Source: Polyangiaceae bacterium (GTDB taxonomy: Bacteria; Myxococcota_A; Polyangia; Polyangiales; Polyangiaceae). From it: DNA of 64,000 bases. The stretch's first letter is position 1, and each line of letters opens with the position of its first letter. The position numbers were made by a program, and so were the translations under genes. Below the pieces are notes generated by a model. That model saw only the letters and a program-made list of their open reading frames with translations, had not been told where the DNA came from and made no database searches. The stretch covers positions 8,555 through 72,554 of the forward strand of contig JBGANF010000029.1 in the NCBI GenBank assembly GCA_044222475.1. Reading direction: 5' to 3'. This document shows, piece by piece, positions 1-9,838 of the stretch.

Positions 1-503
1 TGCGTTCGGTCGTAGAGGCCGCTCCACGAGTACTCGAACGAGCCCATCGCGGTGCGGACGCGGTTGTACCAAACGGCGTAGTTCGGGACCGAGATGACGA
101 ACGTCGCGTTCTTCACGCCGTCGTACGCGAGCAGCTCCCGGAGGAAGCTCACCGGGTCGGGGATGTGCTCGAGGACGTCGGAGAGGACGACCCCGTCGAA
201 CGAGCCCTCGGGTTTGGTCGCGAGCCACTCGTGGAGCATGCCGTGGAAGACGTCGACCCCGCCTTGGCGAGCGAGCTCGGCGGCGCGCTCGTTGGGCTCC
301 ACGCCTTGAATGCGCACCTCGGGGTGTTTCGCGAGGAGGGCGCGCGCGTTCGCGCCGGCGCCGCAGCCGATGTCGAGGATCCGCGCCGAGGGGTTGCCGC
401 GCAGGACGCGGTCCTCGACGAGGCCCACGAGCACCACGTTCGGGCGCTCGATGTAGGAGTAGCTCGTGCGATCGAGGTCGAGCGGAAACGCGTCCGAGGC
501 CAT
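1..503 (-). CDS. Class I SAM-dependent methyltransferase (runs off window edge)
   Basis: Not in the ORF track. Manual translation from ATG 503 gives MASDAFPLDLDRTSYSY...RILDIGCGAGANA...FDGVVLSDVLEHIPDP...ISVPNYAVWYNR...GLYDRTH, typical of glycan-cluster methyltransferases. Confidence 0.85.
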   Translation of the reverse strand, partial: MASDAFPLDLDRTSYSYIERPNVVLVGLVEDRVLRGNPSARILDIGCGAGANARALLAKHPEVRIQGVEPNERAAELARQGGVDVFHGMLHEWLATKPEGSFDGVVLSDVLEHIPDPVSFLRELLAYDGVKNATFVISVPNYAVWYNRVRTAMGSFEYSWSGLYDRT

Positions 504-504
504 G

Positions 505-1122
505 TCAGCTCCTCACCGGTACGAGCTTGGCCGTGAACTGGAGCTCGGGCCAGCCGACGATGCGCCACGGCATGTCGTGCATGCGCATCGGCCAGTTGAG
601 CTCGGTGATGCGAGAGCCCGCGCTCGCGAACATCGCGACCCACTCGCTCGGCGTGAAATAGTGACCGCGCACCTCGATCGAGTCCTTCGCGTTGCCGAAG
701 CGGTCCATCCAGTAAAGCGTCTCGTGGCTGATCTTCCCGAAGGAGAAGTGGTCCTTCACCGCGACCACGTTCTTGGCGACGCGCACGCACTCGCGGAGGA
801 CCGCGGTCGCGTCGTCGCAGTGGTGAAGCACGTCGGCGATGATGACGGCGTCGAAGGAGCGATCGGCGAACGGGAGCGTCTTCCCGTCGTAGAACTTCAC
901 GTCGATGTAGCTCTCGGGGCGGGGCACCACGTCGACGCCGTGCAGGTCGGTCGCGCCGATCTTCTTCCCGACCTCGAGGGTGAGGCCGCCGTTGCCGCAG
1001 CCGACGTCCAGCAGCGACGTCGCGCTCCCGATGTGCTTCGCGAGCGCGCTCGAGATGCGCTCGTTGCGCGGGGCAGGGTTGTTCTTGTGGTAGTGGTCGA
1101 AGAAGATGCGGAGGGGGTTCAC
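505..1122 (-). CDS. Class I SAM-dependent methyltransferase (Methyltransf_11-like)
   Basis: LLDVGCGNG motif I and [19 protein letters not shown]. Confidence 0.85.
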   Translation of the reverse strand: MNPLRIFFDHYHKNNPAPRNERISSALAKHIGSATSLLDVGCGNGGLTLEVGKKIGATDLHGVDVVPRPESYIDVKFYDGKTLPFADRSFDAVIIADVLHHCDDATAVLRECVRVAKNVVAVKDHFSFGKISHETLYWMDRFGNAKDSIEVRGHYFTPSEWVAMFASAGSRITELNWPMRMHDMPWRIVGWPELQFTAKLVPVRS

Positions 1123-1189
1123 GGGGGCCTTCTGGGACCGCGGAAGGTAGCATCCCTTTTGCGAGGAATGGTGTTAGGAACGAGCGAGG

Positions 1190-2170
1190 ATGGACTCGGC
1201 GCCGGTGCGTAGCCTTTCCGCGAGCGGTCGCGCGGTCGCGGGCCTCAGGGAGTTCTTCCTCCTCGAAGAGGCGCAGAAACACGCCCTCCGCCTGGCCGGT
1301 CCCCGGGGCGACCGCGCGCGCGAGCTCCACGAGGCGGCCACGTCGCGCCGCAAGTGCGCCGACGAGCTCGTGGGGCTCCCCGTGTTGCCAGCGTCGTTCG
1401 TGATCTACCGCGACGCGCTCCGTCTGTTCGCGCGCGCGCGCCAGCTCGATCGAGACGCCGAGACGCCGGAGGACGAAGCGCTCGCGCTCGACTCCCTCGG
1501 TGAGGAGATCGACCTACTCGACGAGGCGCGGCGCGTTCGGTTCCGCGCCACGTTCGATCGCCTCCGCGACGACGATCCGCTCGCCTTCGATCGCATCGTC
1601 GAGGGGGACGTCACCCGCATCCGCGAAGCGACCGACGACTTCTTCCGCTGGCTCGAAGGCACCGTCGATCCGCGGACCTTCGGCAAGCTCCGCGCGATGC
1701 GCATCCTGCGGATCGCCGGCGCGGTCGTGGCCATCCTGTTTCTGCTCCGCGCCGGGTTCCGGAAGATCTTCGCCCCGGCCGACATCGCGTACGGAAAGAC
1801 CGTGACCGCGAGCAGCCGCTACCCCGGCACTCCCGATCCGCAGGGCCTCACCGACGGCGACACGCACGCGCTCGGCGTCCACACCACGGTCGAGGGGTCG
1901 CCGTGGATCACCGTGGACCTCGGCGGCAGCTACAAGGTGCGTACCATCAAGGTCCACAACCGGACCGACTGCTGCCTGGACGAAGGCCTCGGCCTCATCG
2001 TCGAGGTCGGCGATCCCGGGGATCCGGCGCCCTTCACCGCGCAGCGGGCGGAGCACTTCGACGTCTGGGAGATCGACGCCGGCGGCAAGCAAGCGTCGAC
2101 GGTTCACCTGCGACTTCCGCGCAACGGCTACATCGCGCTCGCGGAGCTCGAAGTGTTCGCTGACAAATGA
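1190..2170 (+). CDS. Single-pass membrane protein with C-terminal discoidin (F5/8 type C) domain
   Basis: TM segment IAGAVVAILFLL, then IAYGKTVTASS...PWITVDLG...IKVHNRTDCC...LAELEVF. Confidence 0.7.
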   Translation: MDSAPVRSLSASGRAVAGLREFFLLEEAQKHALRLAGPRGDRARELHEAATSRRKCADELVGLPVLPASFVIYRDALRLFARARQLDRDAETPEDEALALDSLGEEIDLLDEARRVRFRATFDRLRDDDPLAFDRIVEGDVTRIREATDDFFRWLEGTVDPRTFGKLRAMRILRIAGAVVAILFLLRAGFRKIFAPADIAYGKTVTASSRYPGTPDPQGLTDGDTHALGVHTTVEGSPWITVDLGGSYKVRTIKVHNRTDCCLDEGLGLIVEVGDPGDPAPFTAQRAEHFDVWEIDAGGKQASTVHLRLPRNGYIALAELEVFADK

Positions 2171-4056
2171 ACCTCCTGCGAAAGCTCCGCGAGCCGCGGG
2201 TCCTGTTCTTCGTCCTGACGCTGCTCGGAGCGCTGGGCTTCGCGTTCTGGGTGTTGAAGCTCACGCTCGGCGGGATCTTCGAGAGCACCACCACGCTCGG
2301 CATCCACGATTGGGACACGCACACTGCGCATCGCTACATCCCGATGCTGCTGATGAAGCGCTACCACGAGGGACCGTGGTGGAGCCCGTGGTACTGCGGC
2401 GGCTACGCGTCGTGGGGCTACAGCGAGAGCGCGCCCGACGTCGTGTCGCCGTTCTTCCCGGTCTACTACTTCGCGTCGCTGCCGGTCGCGCTCCGCGTCG
2501 AGGTCGTCGGCACGACGGTGATCGCGCTCGTCGGTGCGTACCTCTTCGCCGCGAACCACACGCGCAGCGTCGCGGTGCGCGCGCTCGTCGCGGTGCTCTT
2601 CGCGATCAACGGGCGCTGGGCGCTGCAGACGGCGTCGGGTCACGCGTGGCACATGCAATACGCCTACATGCCGTGGGCGCTGTACTTCTTCGAGCGCGCG
2701 GTCACCGGGAAGATGCGCAACGCGTTCGTGAGCGGCGCGTTCCTCGCGATGATCGCCTATGCCGGCGGGATCTACCCGCTGCCGCACACGGCGCTGGCGC
2801 TCGTGGTGTACGCGTTCGCGATGGCGGTGGGCCAACGGAAGCTTCGTCCGATCGGCGCGATGACGGTGTCGGCGATCTGGGGCGTGCTGCTCGGCGCGCC
2901 GAAGCTGCTCGCCGTGCTCGACACGATGCGGCGCGCGCCTCGCACGATCGACTCGATCGAGTTCATCGATCCGCGGCAGCTCTTCTTGATGATGGTGGAC
3001 AAGGAGCAGGGCTTCAACCGCCCGCCCGCGAACATCGGCGCGCTGTCGTACGGCTGGCACGAGTTCGGGCTCTACGTCGGCCTCGCGGGGGCGCTCGTCC
3101 TCGGGATCGGGCTGTTCGCGCGCGGTGGCACCGGGAGCGGCGCGCTGCGGTTCACTGGGTTCGTGTTCTTGCTGCTCGGGTTCGGCGCGTTCCACGAGGA
3201 CGCGCCGTGGGCGCTGCTCCACAAGATGCCGATCTTCAAGTCGCAACACGTGCCGTCGCGGTTTCATCACCCGGCGGTGCTCTTGCTCGCGGTCGCGTTC
3301 GCGAACGCGTTCGAGCGGCGCGCGGGGCGGTGGCTGCGGTTGAGACCGTGGCTCGATCTGCTCTTGCTCGCGCCGGTGGCGTGGATCGCGCTCGACATCG
3401 GCGCGGTGTCCAAGAAGATCCTCGCCGACGCGTTCACCCAGGTGCCGCCGCCCATCACCGAGGGCGCGGAGTTCCATCACGAGCGATACTCGCCCGTGAA
3501 CTACGCCGTCCCGGATTGGGCTGCGCCGGTGTACCTCGCGACGCGCGCGAACGTCGGCGTCGTCGAGTGCTGGGCGGTGCCCAACGACTTCCCGCGCGGG
3601 GCGATCATCCAAGGAGCGCCGGAGTACAAGGGCGAGGTCTACGTCGCCAACGGTACGGGGGACGCGACGCTCACGTCGTGGACGCCGAACAGCGCGACGA
3701 TCGAGGTGAAGAACGCGTCCCCCGGAGCGGTCGTCGTCTACAACATGAACTGGGACCCGAGCTGGAAGGCGAACGGCGCACCGGCGATGGAGTGGAACCA
3801 CGCGGTCGCTGCGCCGACGAAGAACGGGCACGAGGTCATCGAGCTGCGCTATCGACCGCGGACGTTGCCGCTGGGGATGGTGCTCTTCATGATCGCGATC
3901 GCGGGGCCGATCGCGGTGGGGGTGGTGCGTCGCCGGCGAAAGCGGGAGGGCGGCTCGACGCCCATCGAAGCGCCGCCGCCGCAAGACGCTCCATCACCTA
4001 CCGCGGATGCTCCTGCCGCAGATGCTCCTCTCGCGGATCCTCCTCCACCCGAGTGA
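2167..4056 (+). CDS. Polytopic membrane protein, YfhO/GT-C glycosyltransferase-like
   Basis: Many TM helices; PWWSPWYCGGY; C-terminal NMNWDPSWKA...IELRYRP YfhO-like signature; ATGA overlap with upstream gene. Confidence 0.65.
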   Translation: MNLLRKLREPRVLFFVLTLLGALGFAFWVLKLTLGGIFESTTTLGIHDWDTHTAHRYIPMLLMKRYHEGPWWSPWYCGGYASWGYSESAPDVVSPFFPVYYFASLPVALRVEVVGTTVIALVGAYLFAANHTRSVAVRALVAVLFAINGRWALQTASGHAWHMQYAYMPWALYFFERAVTGKMRNAFVSGAFLAMIAYAGGIYPLPHTALALVVYAFAMAVGQRKLRPIGAMTVSAIWGVLLGAPKLLAVLDTMRRAPRTIDSIEFIDPRQLFLMMVDKEQGFNRPPANIGALSYGWHEFGLYVGLAGALVLGIGLFARGGTGSGALRFTGFVFLLLGFGAFHEDAPWALLHKMPIFKSQHVPSRFHHPAVLLLAVAFANAFERRAGRWLRLRPWLDLLLLAPVAWIALDIGAVSKKILADAFTQVPPPITEGAEFHHERYSPVNYAVPDWAAPVYLATRANVGVVECWAVPNDFPRGAIIQGAPEYKGEVYVANGTGDATLTSWTPNSATIEVKNASPGAVVVYNMNWDPSWKANGAPAMEWNHAVAAPTKNGHEVIELRYRPRTLPLGMVLFMIAIAGPIAVGVVRRRRKREGGSTPIEAPPPQDAPSPTADAPAADAPLADPPPPE

Positions 4057-4059
4057 GCC

Positions 4060-4722
4060 CTACCGCGGGCGCTCGTCGAGTCGAATGAGTCCCCTCGCGC
4101 GCCATCCGACGCCACCGAGCCACGTCTTCGGCGCCACCGTGGGCATCGCCTCGGACACCGGATCGACTTCGACGAAGCCGTCGAACCACCGCGCCGACGA
4201 GAACCGATCGAGGCCGCTGAGCCGCACGCCGTGTTTCTTCGCGTTCATCAGCACGTAGACGATCGCGTTGCGGACTTCGCGAGGCGTCTTCAGCGCATGG
4301 CCGTGGTAGCGCTCTTTCCAAACCTGGCCTCGCACCGCGAGCACGCGGTTCACCGCGCGCGCCAGACGCGTGTTCAATCCGCGCATTCCGCGGGAAAGTG
4401 ACTCCTTGTCACTCGCCTCGACGATCAGATGCACGTGATTCGTCTGCACCGAAAAGTGCACGATACGAAACGAATGGCCGAGAATCTTCGACCGCGCCGA
4501 CGCCCCGATCGCGTCGCGCACGGCGACCGCGATGCTCTGTTCGCGAAACGACGGTAAACCCGCCCGCGCACGCAGCGTGACGTGCACCGGATGCGCCCGG
4601 CGATGCACGGGCCGGACGCGGTGCGGAACGCTGCGCCGTGGACCCGGCTTGCGACCTGCCCCAGGACGAGCGCCGCCGCGCTTGCCGCGAAGAGGAAGCT
4701 CGAGTTGAGGTGACGGGCACAT
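4060..4722 (-). CDS. REP-associated tyrosine transposase (RAYT, Y1/HUH, IS200-like fold)
   Basis: HVTLR, HUH motif NHVHLIVEA, GQVWKERYH, catalytic Tyr in VYVLMN, basic N-terminal GGARPGAGRKP. Confidence 0.8.
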   Translation of the reverse strand: MCPSPQLELPLRGKRGGARPGAGRKPGPRRSVPHRVRPVHRRAHPVHVTLRARAGLPSFREQSIAVAVRDAIGASARSKILGHSFRIVHFSVQTNHVHLIVEASDKESLSRGMRGLNTRLARAVNRVLAVRGQVWKERYHGHALKTPREVRNAIVYVLMNAKKHGVRLSGLDRFSSARWFDGFVEVDPVSEAMPTVAPKTWLGGVGWRARGLIRLDERPR

Positions 4723-4862
4723 GATTGATTAGGGCAATCATGTGTCGCCATGCACCGAAGTCAACCCCGGCGCATGCTCGGATTCGGGATAATGACCGGA
4801 GATGCCTGGCACATCTGACCGAGGAGTCGCGTAGCCGCGGTAAGTCGTAACATCGGGTTGAC

Positions 4863-5010
4863 GGCCTCCCCTGAGGCGCCGCCTCGCGGCGCCGATTGGG
4901 GACGGCCCCTGCGGCGCGCCGCGCTTCGTGTACCCGAAGGGGTGCAGGCGAGCATGCCGCCGAGCACCGCAGGCGAGTGACGCGAGAATCGCGCGTGGAG
5001 GGGCACCCTC
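4863..5010. repeat. Cluster of GC-rich hairpins upstream of RAYT (REP-like or structured element)
   Basis: GGCGCCGC-CTC-GCGGCGCC at 4875-4893 inside TCCCC...GGGGA; CCTGCGG (4908)...CCGCAGG (4973); further small stems up to ~5010. Confidence 0.5.
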
Positions 5011-5031
5011 CCTCTCTCCATCTTCGGACTC

Positions 5032-5115
5032 GAAGCGGAACCGGAAGCGGAAGCAGAAGCGGAAGCGGAAGCGGAAGCGGAAGCGGAAGCGGAAGCGGAA
5101 GCAGAAGCGGAAGCG
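5032..5115. repeat. Hexanucleotide tandem repeat (GAAGCG)x14
   Basis: 14 units counted: 11 perfect, plus GAACCG x1 and GAAGCA x2; intergenic. Confidence 0.95.
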
Positions 5116-5121
5116 GGTCGG

Positions 5122-6066
5122 TCAGCCGAACACTTCTCGCGCCACTTCCCGCACCGCCTGCTCCACCGCTTGATCCGACGTGAATCTCACTTTGAAGCCC
5201 AGCGCCGCCAGCTTGTCCGGCTTGATGCGCGAGAGCGGCACGTCACCCGGCCAACCCTGCGAACCACCCGCGTACTCGATGCGCGCAGTCGGATGCGGCG
5301 ATGCCGCGACGCACAGCTCGGCGATGCGCCGCACGCTCGTGATGTCCGGCGGGGCCAGGTTGTAGACGCGCAGGTTCCCTTCGCCCTTCTCGAACGCGTA
5401 GAGCACGCCGGCCGCGCAGTCCGACACGTGGAGGTACGGCTTCGCCTGGCGCCCATCGCCGAGGACGTCGAGGTACTCGGGGTGGGCTTTGATCTTCTTG
5501 CAGAAGTCGAGGATGGCGCCGTGCGTCCCGCGCGGACCGACGACGTTGCCGAAGCGGAGGATCGTCCCGGTCAGGCCGAAGCACTCGACGTACGCCGCGA
5601 TGAGCGACTCGCCGGCGAATTTGCTTGCACCATACAATGAAATCGGGAGGTGCCCGAGATCCATCTCGCCGCACGGCTCGGTCACGTTGCCGTAGACGGT
5701 GCCGCTCGACGAGAAGACGAAGCTCTTCACGCCGTTGAGGCGCGCCGCTTCGAGCGAGTTGTACGTCGCGATGGTGCCCTGCTCGAGATCGAGCCGCGTG
5801 CGTTCCAGGCCCCATCGCGCCTCGGGGTTCGCGGCGAGATGAAAGACGACGTCGTGCCCGGCCATCGCTTTGGTGAGCGACTCCAAGTCGAGCGCGTCGG
5901 CTTTGACGAGCTTGGCCTTGCCGCTCGTGAGATGCGTCTGGACGAACGCCTCTTTGCCGACCGTCATGTTGTCGTAGATGGTGACCTCGGCGCCGCGTGA
6001 ATCGACGAGGAGGTCGACGAGGTGGCTGCCGATGAACCCGGCGCCTCCGACGACGAATGCCTTCAT
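5122..6066 (-). CDS. NAD-dependent epimerase/dehydratase (UDP-glucose 4-epimerase-like)
   Basis: GGAGFIGSH Rossmann motif, VFHLAA, SSSGTVYG, YGASK. Confidence 0.9.
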   Translation of the reverse strand: MKAFVVGGAGFIGSHLVDLLVDSRGAEVTIYDNMTVGKEAFVQTHLTSGKAKLVKADALDLESLTKAMAGHDVVFHLAANPEARWGLERTRLDLEQGTIATYNSLEAARLNGVKSFVFSSSGTVYGNVTEPCGEMDLGHLPISLYGASKFAGESLIAAYVECFGLTGTILRFGNVVGPRGTHGAILDFCKKIKAHPEYLDVLGDGRQAKPYLHVSDCAAGVLYAFEKGEGNLRVYNLAPPDITSVRRIAELCVAASPHPTARIEYAGGSQGWPGDVPLSRIKPDKLAALGFKVRFTSDQAVEQAVREVAREVFG

Positions 6067-6118
6067 GGAGAGGAACCCTACTACCTTCGGGAATCAACCT
6101 CATCCACCGAGTGGCGGC

Positions 6119-6757
6119 CTATTTCGCAACCGTCACGGTGTCGCAGACTCCGCGCGCGATGGTCAAGGGTCCCTTGCCGCCGGTGCCGTCGGTCTGGCAC
6201 GTGTACACACCGCCGGGGACATGCTTCGCGTACCCGTAGTTCGTGATGCTCGGCGAAATTTGCTTCCACTCCAGCACGTCGGCTGTGTCGGTCACGAACT
6301 CGATGTCCACCTTGATCGACGTCGACTTCTTTGCGTCCGCCAGGAGCTTCGTCTTCAATGCCGCGAAGTCGACGTTCTGCTTCACGATGAGCACGTCCGC
6401 GGCGACGAACTTGTCGGAGTCTTTATCCGACCCTCGCACCTTGATCGTCGGCTGCCACCCCGCAGACTGATCGACGTCCGCATCCGGCGGTGCCTTGAGC
6501 GACACCCCCTTGAAGTCGTCCGACTTCGGACCCAGGTCGTAGCTCACGAAGCGCGGGATCATGGCCTTCGCGAGCTCTTCCGGCGGGAGCTTGTCGTCGA
6601 GCGGAGGGAGCTCCGTCGGCTTGGCCGCTGGCGTGCTCGCCGGTGCGGCAGCTGCGCTCACCGATGCCGCGGTCGTCGTCGTGGACGACGCGTCCTTCTT
6701 GCAGGCCACCATGACGATGGCGATGCCCAACCCCAAGAACCTGATGCGAGTGTTCAT
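6119..6757 (-). CDS. Hypothetical lipoprotein
   Basis: MNTRIRFLGLGIAIVMVAC lipobox followed by a Thr/Ala/Pro linker. Confidence 0.7.
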   Translation of the reverse strand: MNTRIRFLGLGIAIVMVACKKDASSTTTTAASVSAAAAPASTPAAKPTELPPLDDKLPPEELAKAMIPRFVSYDLGPKSDDFKGVSLKAPPDADVDQSAGWQPTIKVRGSDKDSDKFVAADVLIVKQNVDFAALKTKLLADAKKSTSIKVDIEFVTDTADVLEWKQISPSITNYGYAKHVPGGVYTCQTDGTGGKGPLTIARGVCDTVTVAK

Positions 6758-6838
6758 GCTTTCCCTCCCGAGCGACCTACGCTCGCATACTCCGGCGACC
6801 GACGCCATCGTCATCGAATCGGCGATCGAGCTCCGATC

Positions 6839-9034
6839 TCACTCCAAGGTCACCAGATCGAGACGGGGCGCACCTTGAAGCAAGGGCGCCGGGCTCCCAT
6901 CTCGGCTCACGAACGTCCCCACGTAGCGCTCGGTGCCGACGCGGTGCTTCAGCTCGACGTCGATCCGATACAGGTAGCCCTTCTTCCAGAGCTTCGACGA
7001 GAGCGACGGCGGGAACGCCATGTCGCGCTCGGTGGGATCGAGCGGGAGGAAGCTCATGCGCTTCGGCTTGTCGACGATGGAGCGCACCGAGAACGTCGTG
7101 TCGCCGGGGGTCGGGCCGCCGGCTTCGAACCAGCACTCGAGGGTGGGCTTGGCGCCGTGCGTGACCCGAATGCCGATGAGCCGGTGATCGCCGGAGAAAT
7201 GCGCGGTGTGCGTGCGATCGATCTCGGTCTCGATCTCTTCGCGCAGCTTCTCGGCGCCGGCCGCGTCGCCTCGCGCGATGGCCATGTTGTGCGCGATGCG
7301 GCGCTCGTCGAGGGTGGACGGCGCCTGCGTCGGCGGAGTCGTCGGTTGCCCGAGGTGATCGCGCCACTCCCACGTGAGGAACGGATCGGGCACGTCGTCG
7401 ACGCGTCGTACCGGCTCCGTGTTGTACGCAAAGAAGCCTTCGAAGAAGCCCGGCTCGCGCTCGTGGAGCGAGTACGCGTCGAGCGGTGCGGGTGCGAGAT
7501 CGTCGCGGCTGACCAGGATGACGTCGCCGTAGAAGCGGAGGTGGTGCGCCGTGGCGAGGGCCTTCATCTCGTCGGCGCCCATGCCGCTGCCGCGCGCGAC
7601 CCAGAACGGGTACGCGGCCGACGGTTCGTTGGCCGGCTGCCCCATCCCCTTGATGGCCCACTGGTGCTCCCAGCCCCACTGCGTCCCGGGGTGGACTCCG
7701 ACGATCTCGCCGGTGTGCAGCTTCGGCCGCACGAGCTCGGCGAGGAGCCAGTTCAGATCGACGTGGCTGCGGAAGAGCGACCCCTTGTCGTTGAAGCGGC
7801 CCCCGGTCTGGCGGAAGATCACGACGCCGCGGACGGCGTCGGGGAAGAGCGCGATCGACGGGAGGATGCCGAGCACCACCGTGAGCGCGATCGCCGCGCG
7901 CGTCACGTTGACGGTGCTCGCGCCGGCGCGGGTCGCGACGAAGGTCGCGCCGTCCTTGGCGGTGGCTGCGATCTGCGCCATCGCGAGCGCGAAGTAGAGC
8001 GCGAAGTAGTGCGGCCAGAAGATGTGGACGTCGGCGCCGCCTTTGAAGCCGAGGTATTGCCCGGTCGCGCCGAAGAGCACCGCGAGCGAGAGCACCTCTT
8101 CGTCGCGGCGGCGCACCAAGAAGCGCACCACCGCGATCGGCAGCGCGATCTTTCCGATCGCGATCGCGAACGGCGTGAAGCTGAACTCGATCCACGACGC
8201 GCGGGACTGGAGGACGAGCGCGAGCGGGACCGACTCGGCGCCGCCGCGCGACTCGGCGCTGGCGAGCCAGTCACTCAGTTTGTCGGCGTGCTTGAAGAGG
8301 CCGACGGTGACGAGCAGCGTGAGCACCGCGACCGAGACGGAGAGCGCCCACCACCGGTGGTACGTCGAGCGAATCGGCGGCGTGGCCGCCGCGGGGAGGA
8401 CGTACGCGCGAAGCAGCGCCCACCCGAGGAGCGGCGCGAGGATGAGGTATCCGGCCCAATCGCCGAAGCACGCGAAGAGCGCGCCGACGAGGCTCCACGC
8501 GAGGTGACGTCCGCGGCCGGACTCCTGGTACGCGAGGTGACCCCAGAAGAAGAGGACCGCGCCGAAGATGACCATGACCTCGAGGCTGGCGAAGCACGAG
8601 TAGCCCACGGTGATCGGAAGCACGACGAACCCGATCGCCGCGGCCGCGCCGGAGAGCGGCCCGCCGATGCGACGGCCGATGCCGTAGAGCAGGGGAGGCG
8701 TCGCGGTGCTCATGAAGACCGCGGGGAGCGCGATCACGAAGTCGCGGTGGGGGAAGAACCGCGCGCAGATGGCGGCGGCCCAGTGGACGCCGAACGGGTG
8801 ATGGCAGTACGCGTGATCGACCGGCGGAGGGACGGCGGCGTACCAGTCCCAGAGCGGGTAGATGGTGTGCCACTTCACCATGTGCTCGCCGAACATCGAC
8901 GTCGCCGCGCCGCTCGATCCGAGGTGCCCGCCGCCCGGCGTCGCGTCGACGCCCCAGAGCGCGGTCCCGAGGAACCACAGCGTCGCGAGCCAGGTGAGGC
9001 CCAACGCGACACGCTCGATCGGCGGGCGCTGCAT
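6839..9034 (-). CDS. GT-C (ArnT/PMT-like) membrane glycosyltransferase
   Basis: YCHHPFG, many TM helices, large C-terminal soluble domain; start uncertain (9034 or 9073). Confidence 0.7.
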   Translation of the reverse strand: MQRPPIERVALGLTWLATLWFLGTALWGVDATPGGGHLGSSGAATSMFGEHMVKWHTIYPLWDWYAAVPPPVDHAYCHHPFGVHWAAAICARFFPHRDFVIALPAVFMSTATPPLLYGIGRRIGGPLSGAAAAIGFVVLPITVGYSCFASLEVMVIFGAVLFFWGHLAYQESGRGRHLAWSLVGALFACFGDWAGYLILAPLLGWALLRAYVLPAAATPPIRSTYHRWWALSVSVAVLTLLVTVGLFKHADKLSDWLASAESRGGAESVPLALVLQSRASWIEFSFTPFAIAIGKIALPIAVVRFLVRRRDEEVLSLAVLFGATGQYLGFKGGADVHIFWPHYFALYFALAMAQIAATAKDGATFVATRAGASTVNVTRAAIALTVVLGILPSIALFPDAVRGVVIFRQTGGRFNDKGSLFRSHVDLNWLLAELVRPKLHTGEIVGVHPGTQWGWEHQWAIKGMGQPANEPSAAYPFWVARGSGMGADEMKALATAHHLRFYGDVILVSRDDLAPAPLDAYSLHEREPGFFEGFFAYNTEPVRRVDDVPDPFLTWEWRDHLGQPTTPPTQAPSTLDERRIAHNMAIARGDAAGAEKLREEIETEIDRTHTAHFSGDHRLIGIRVTHGAKPTLECWFEAGGPTPGDTTFSVRSIVDKPKRMSFLPLDPTERDMAFPPSLSSKLWKKGYLYRIDVELKHRVGTERYVGTFVSRDGSPAPLLQGAPRLDLVTLE

Positions 9035-9114
9035 CGCGGGTCGGACGATACTCGACGCCGCGATGCGGCCCAAGGAAGATCACGGGGTGCGTTGGGGGAG
9101 CTATCCTTGCGGGT

Positions 9115-9411
9115 GTGAGGAGCCACCACGACGCCGATGCTCGTAGCCTCGCGCTGCACGCCGAGGTCGCGAAGATTCTCGCGAACGACCCCTCGATTCG
9201 CGATCGGGCACGACTCCGCCTCGCGCGTCTTCACGCCGAATACCGCGACGCCTGGGAGAGACTCCTCGACGGATCGCTCGACGAGCTCCTCGCCACCCTC
9301 GTCGATCCGTCGCCGCGCGCGACTGCGCTTCGGCAAGCGAGCCCGTTCAGCTTCGCGCTCGATCACGCCACGCGCTGGAGGATCCTCCGGGCGACCCGGA
9401 CGCAGCCGTGA
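9115..9411 (+). CDS. Small helical protein, putative antitoxin partner of the downstream nucleotidyltransferase
   Basis: RSLALHAEVA...AWERLL...LRQASPF pattern that I recognise from genes upstream of DUF6036-type NTases; GTGA overlap with next gene. Confidence 0.6.
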   Translation: MRSHHDADARSLALHAEVAKILANDPSIRDRARLRLARLHAEYRDAWERLLDGSLDELLATLVDPSPRATALRQASPFSFALDHATRWRILRATRTQP

Positions 9412-9819
9412 AGCGCGTCGACCTGGAGCACTCGACATCCATCCCCGGCACAAGCCGGAGCTCGCGGACATGATCGACGGAGCGATCGGGGAGCTGTCGT
9501 TCTTTCACGACGAGTTCGGCTACTACGCCCAAGGTGTCGGTCCGACGACCGCGGTGCTGCCCGCGGGTTGGGAAGGTCGCTTCGTCAAGGTCGAGAACGA
9601 GAACACTCGCGGAGCGATCGGTCTCTGCCTCGAGATCCACGATCTCCTGGCGGCCAAGTCGTCGCCGGTCGGGAGAAGGACCGGCGTTTCGCGCGCGATG
9701 CGCTTCGGTTGGGTCTCGCCGATCGTGAGACTCTGCTCGCGCGCATCGATGCGCTACCGGTGGACGCCGCTCGACGAGAGGGGCTTCGGAGCGACGTCCG
9801 AGTGGACGCCGCGAGCTGA
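9408..9819 (+). pseudogene. DUF6036-like nucleotidyltransferase, disrupted
   Basis: Pieces in different frames: MKRVDLEH / DIHPRHKPELADMIDGAIGELSFFHDEFGYYAQGVGPTTAVLPAGW...HDLLAAK / VAGREKDRRF...; the N-terminal NTase GS motif segment is missing and there is a 1-nt shift near 9658. Confidence 0.65.
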
Positions 9820-9838
9820 ACCGATCGGACCTCGAGCG

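Noticed and set aside
4001..4047. Three 15-bp repeats at the end of the YfhO-like gene as RAYT target repeats
   Set aside because: In-frame ADAP-type low-complexity tail, not palindromic
4060..4722. Classical IS200/IS605 insertion sequence
   Set aside because: No tnpB, the protein is longer than typical TnpA with RAYT-like extensions, and element ends could not be defined
5032..5115. CRISPR array or poly-KR / poly-GS coding ORFs (4928..5173, 4896..5183)
   Set aside because: Pure hexamer tandem with no spacers and no cas genes; the ORFs are translations of the microsatellite
5978..9118. 1046-aa plus-strand ORF
   Set aside because: Antisense shadow of real minus-strand genes, typical of high-GC DNA; Arg-rich with no motifs
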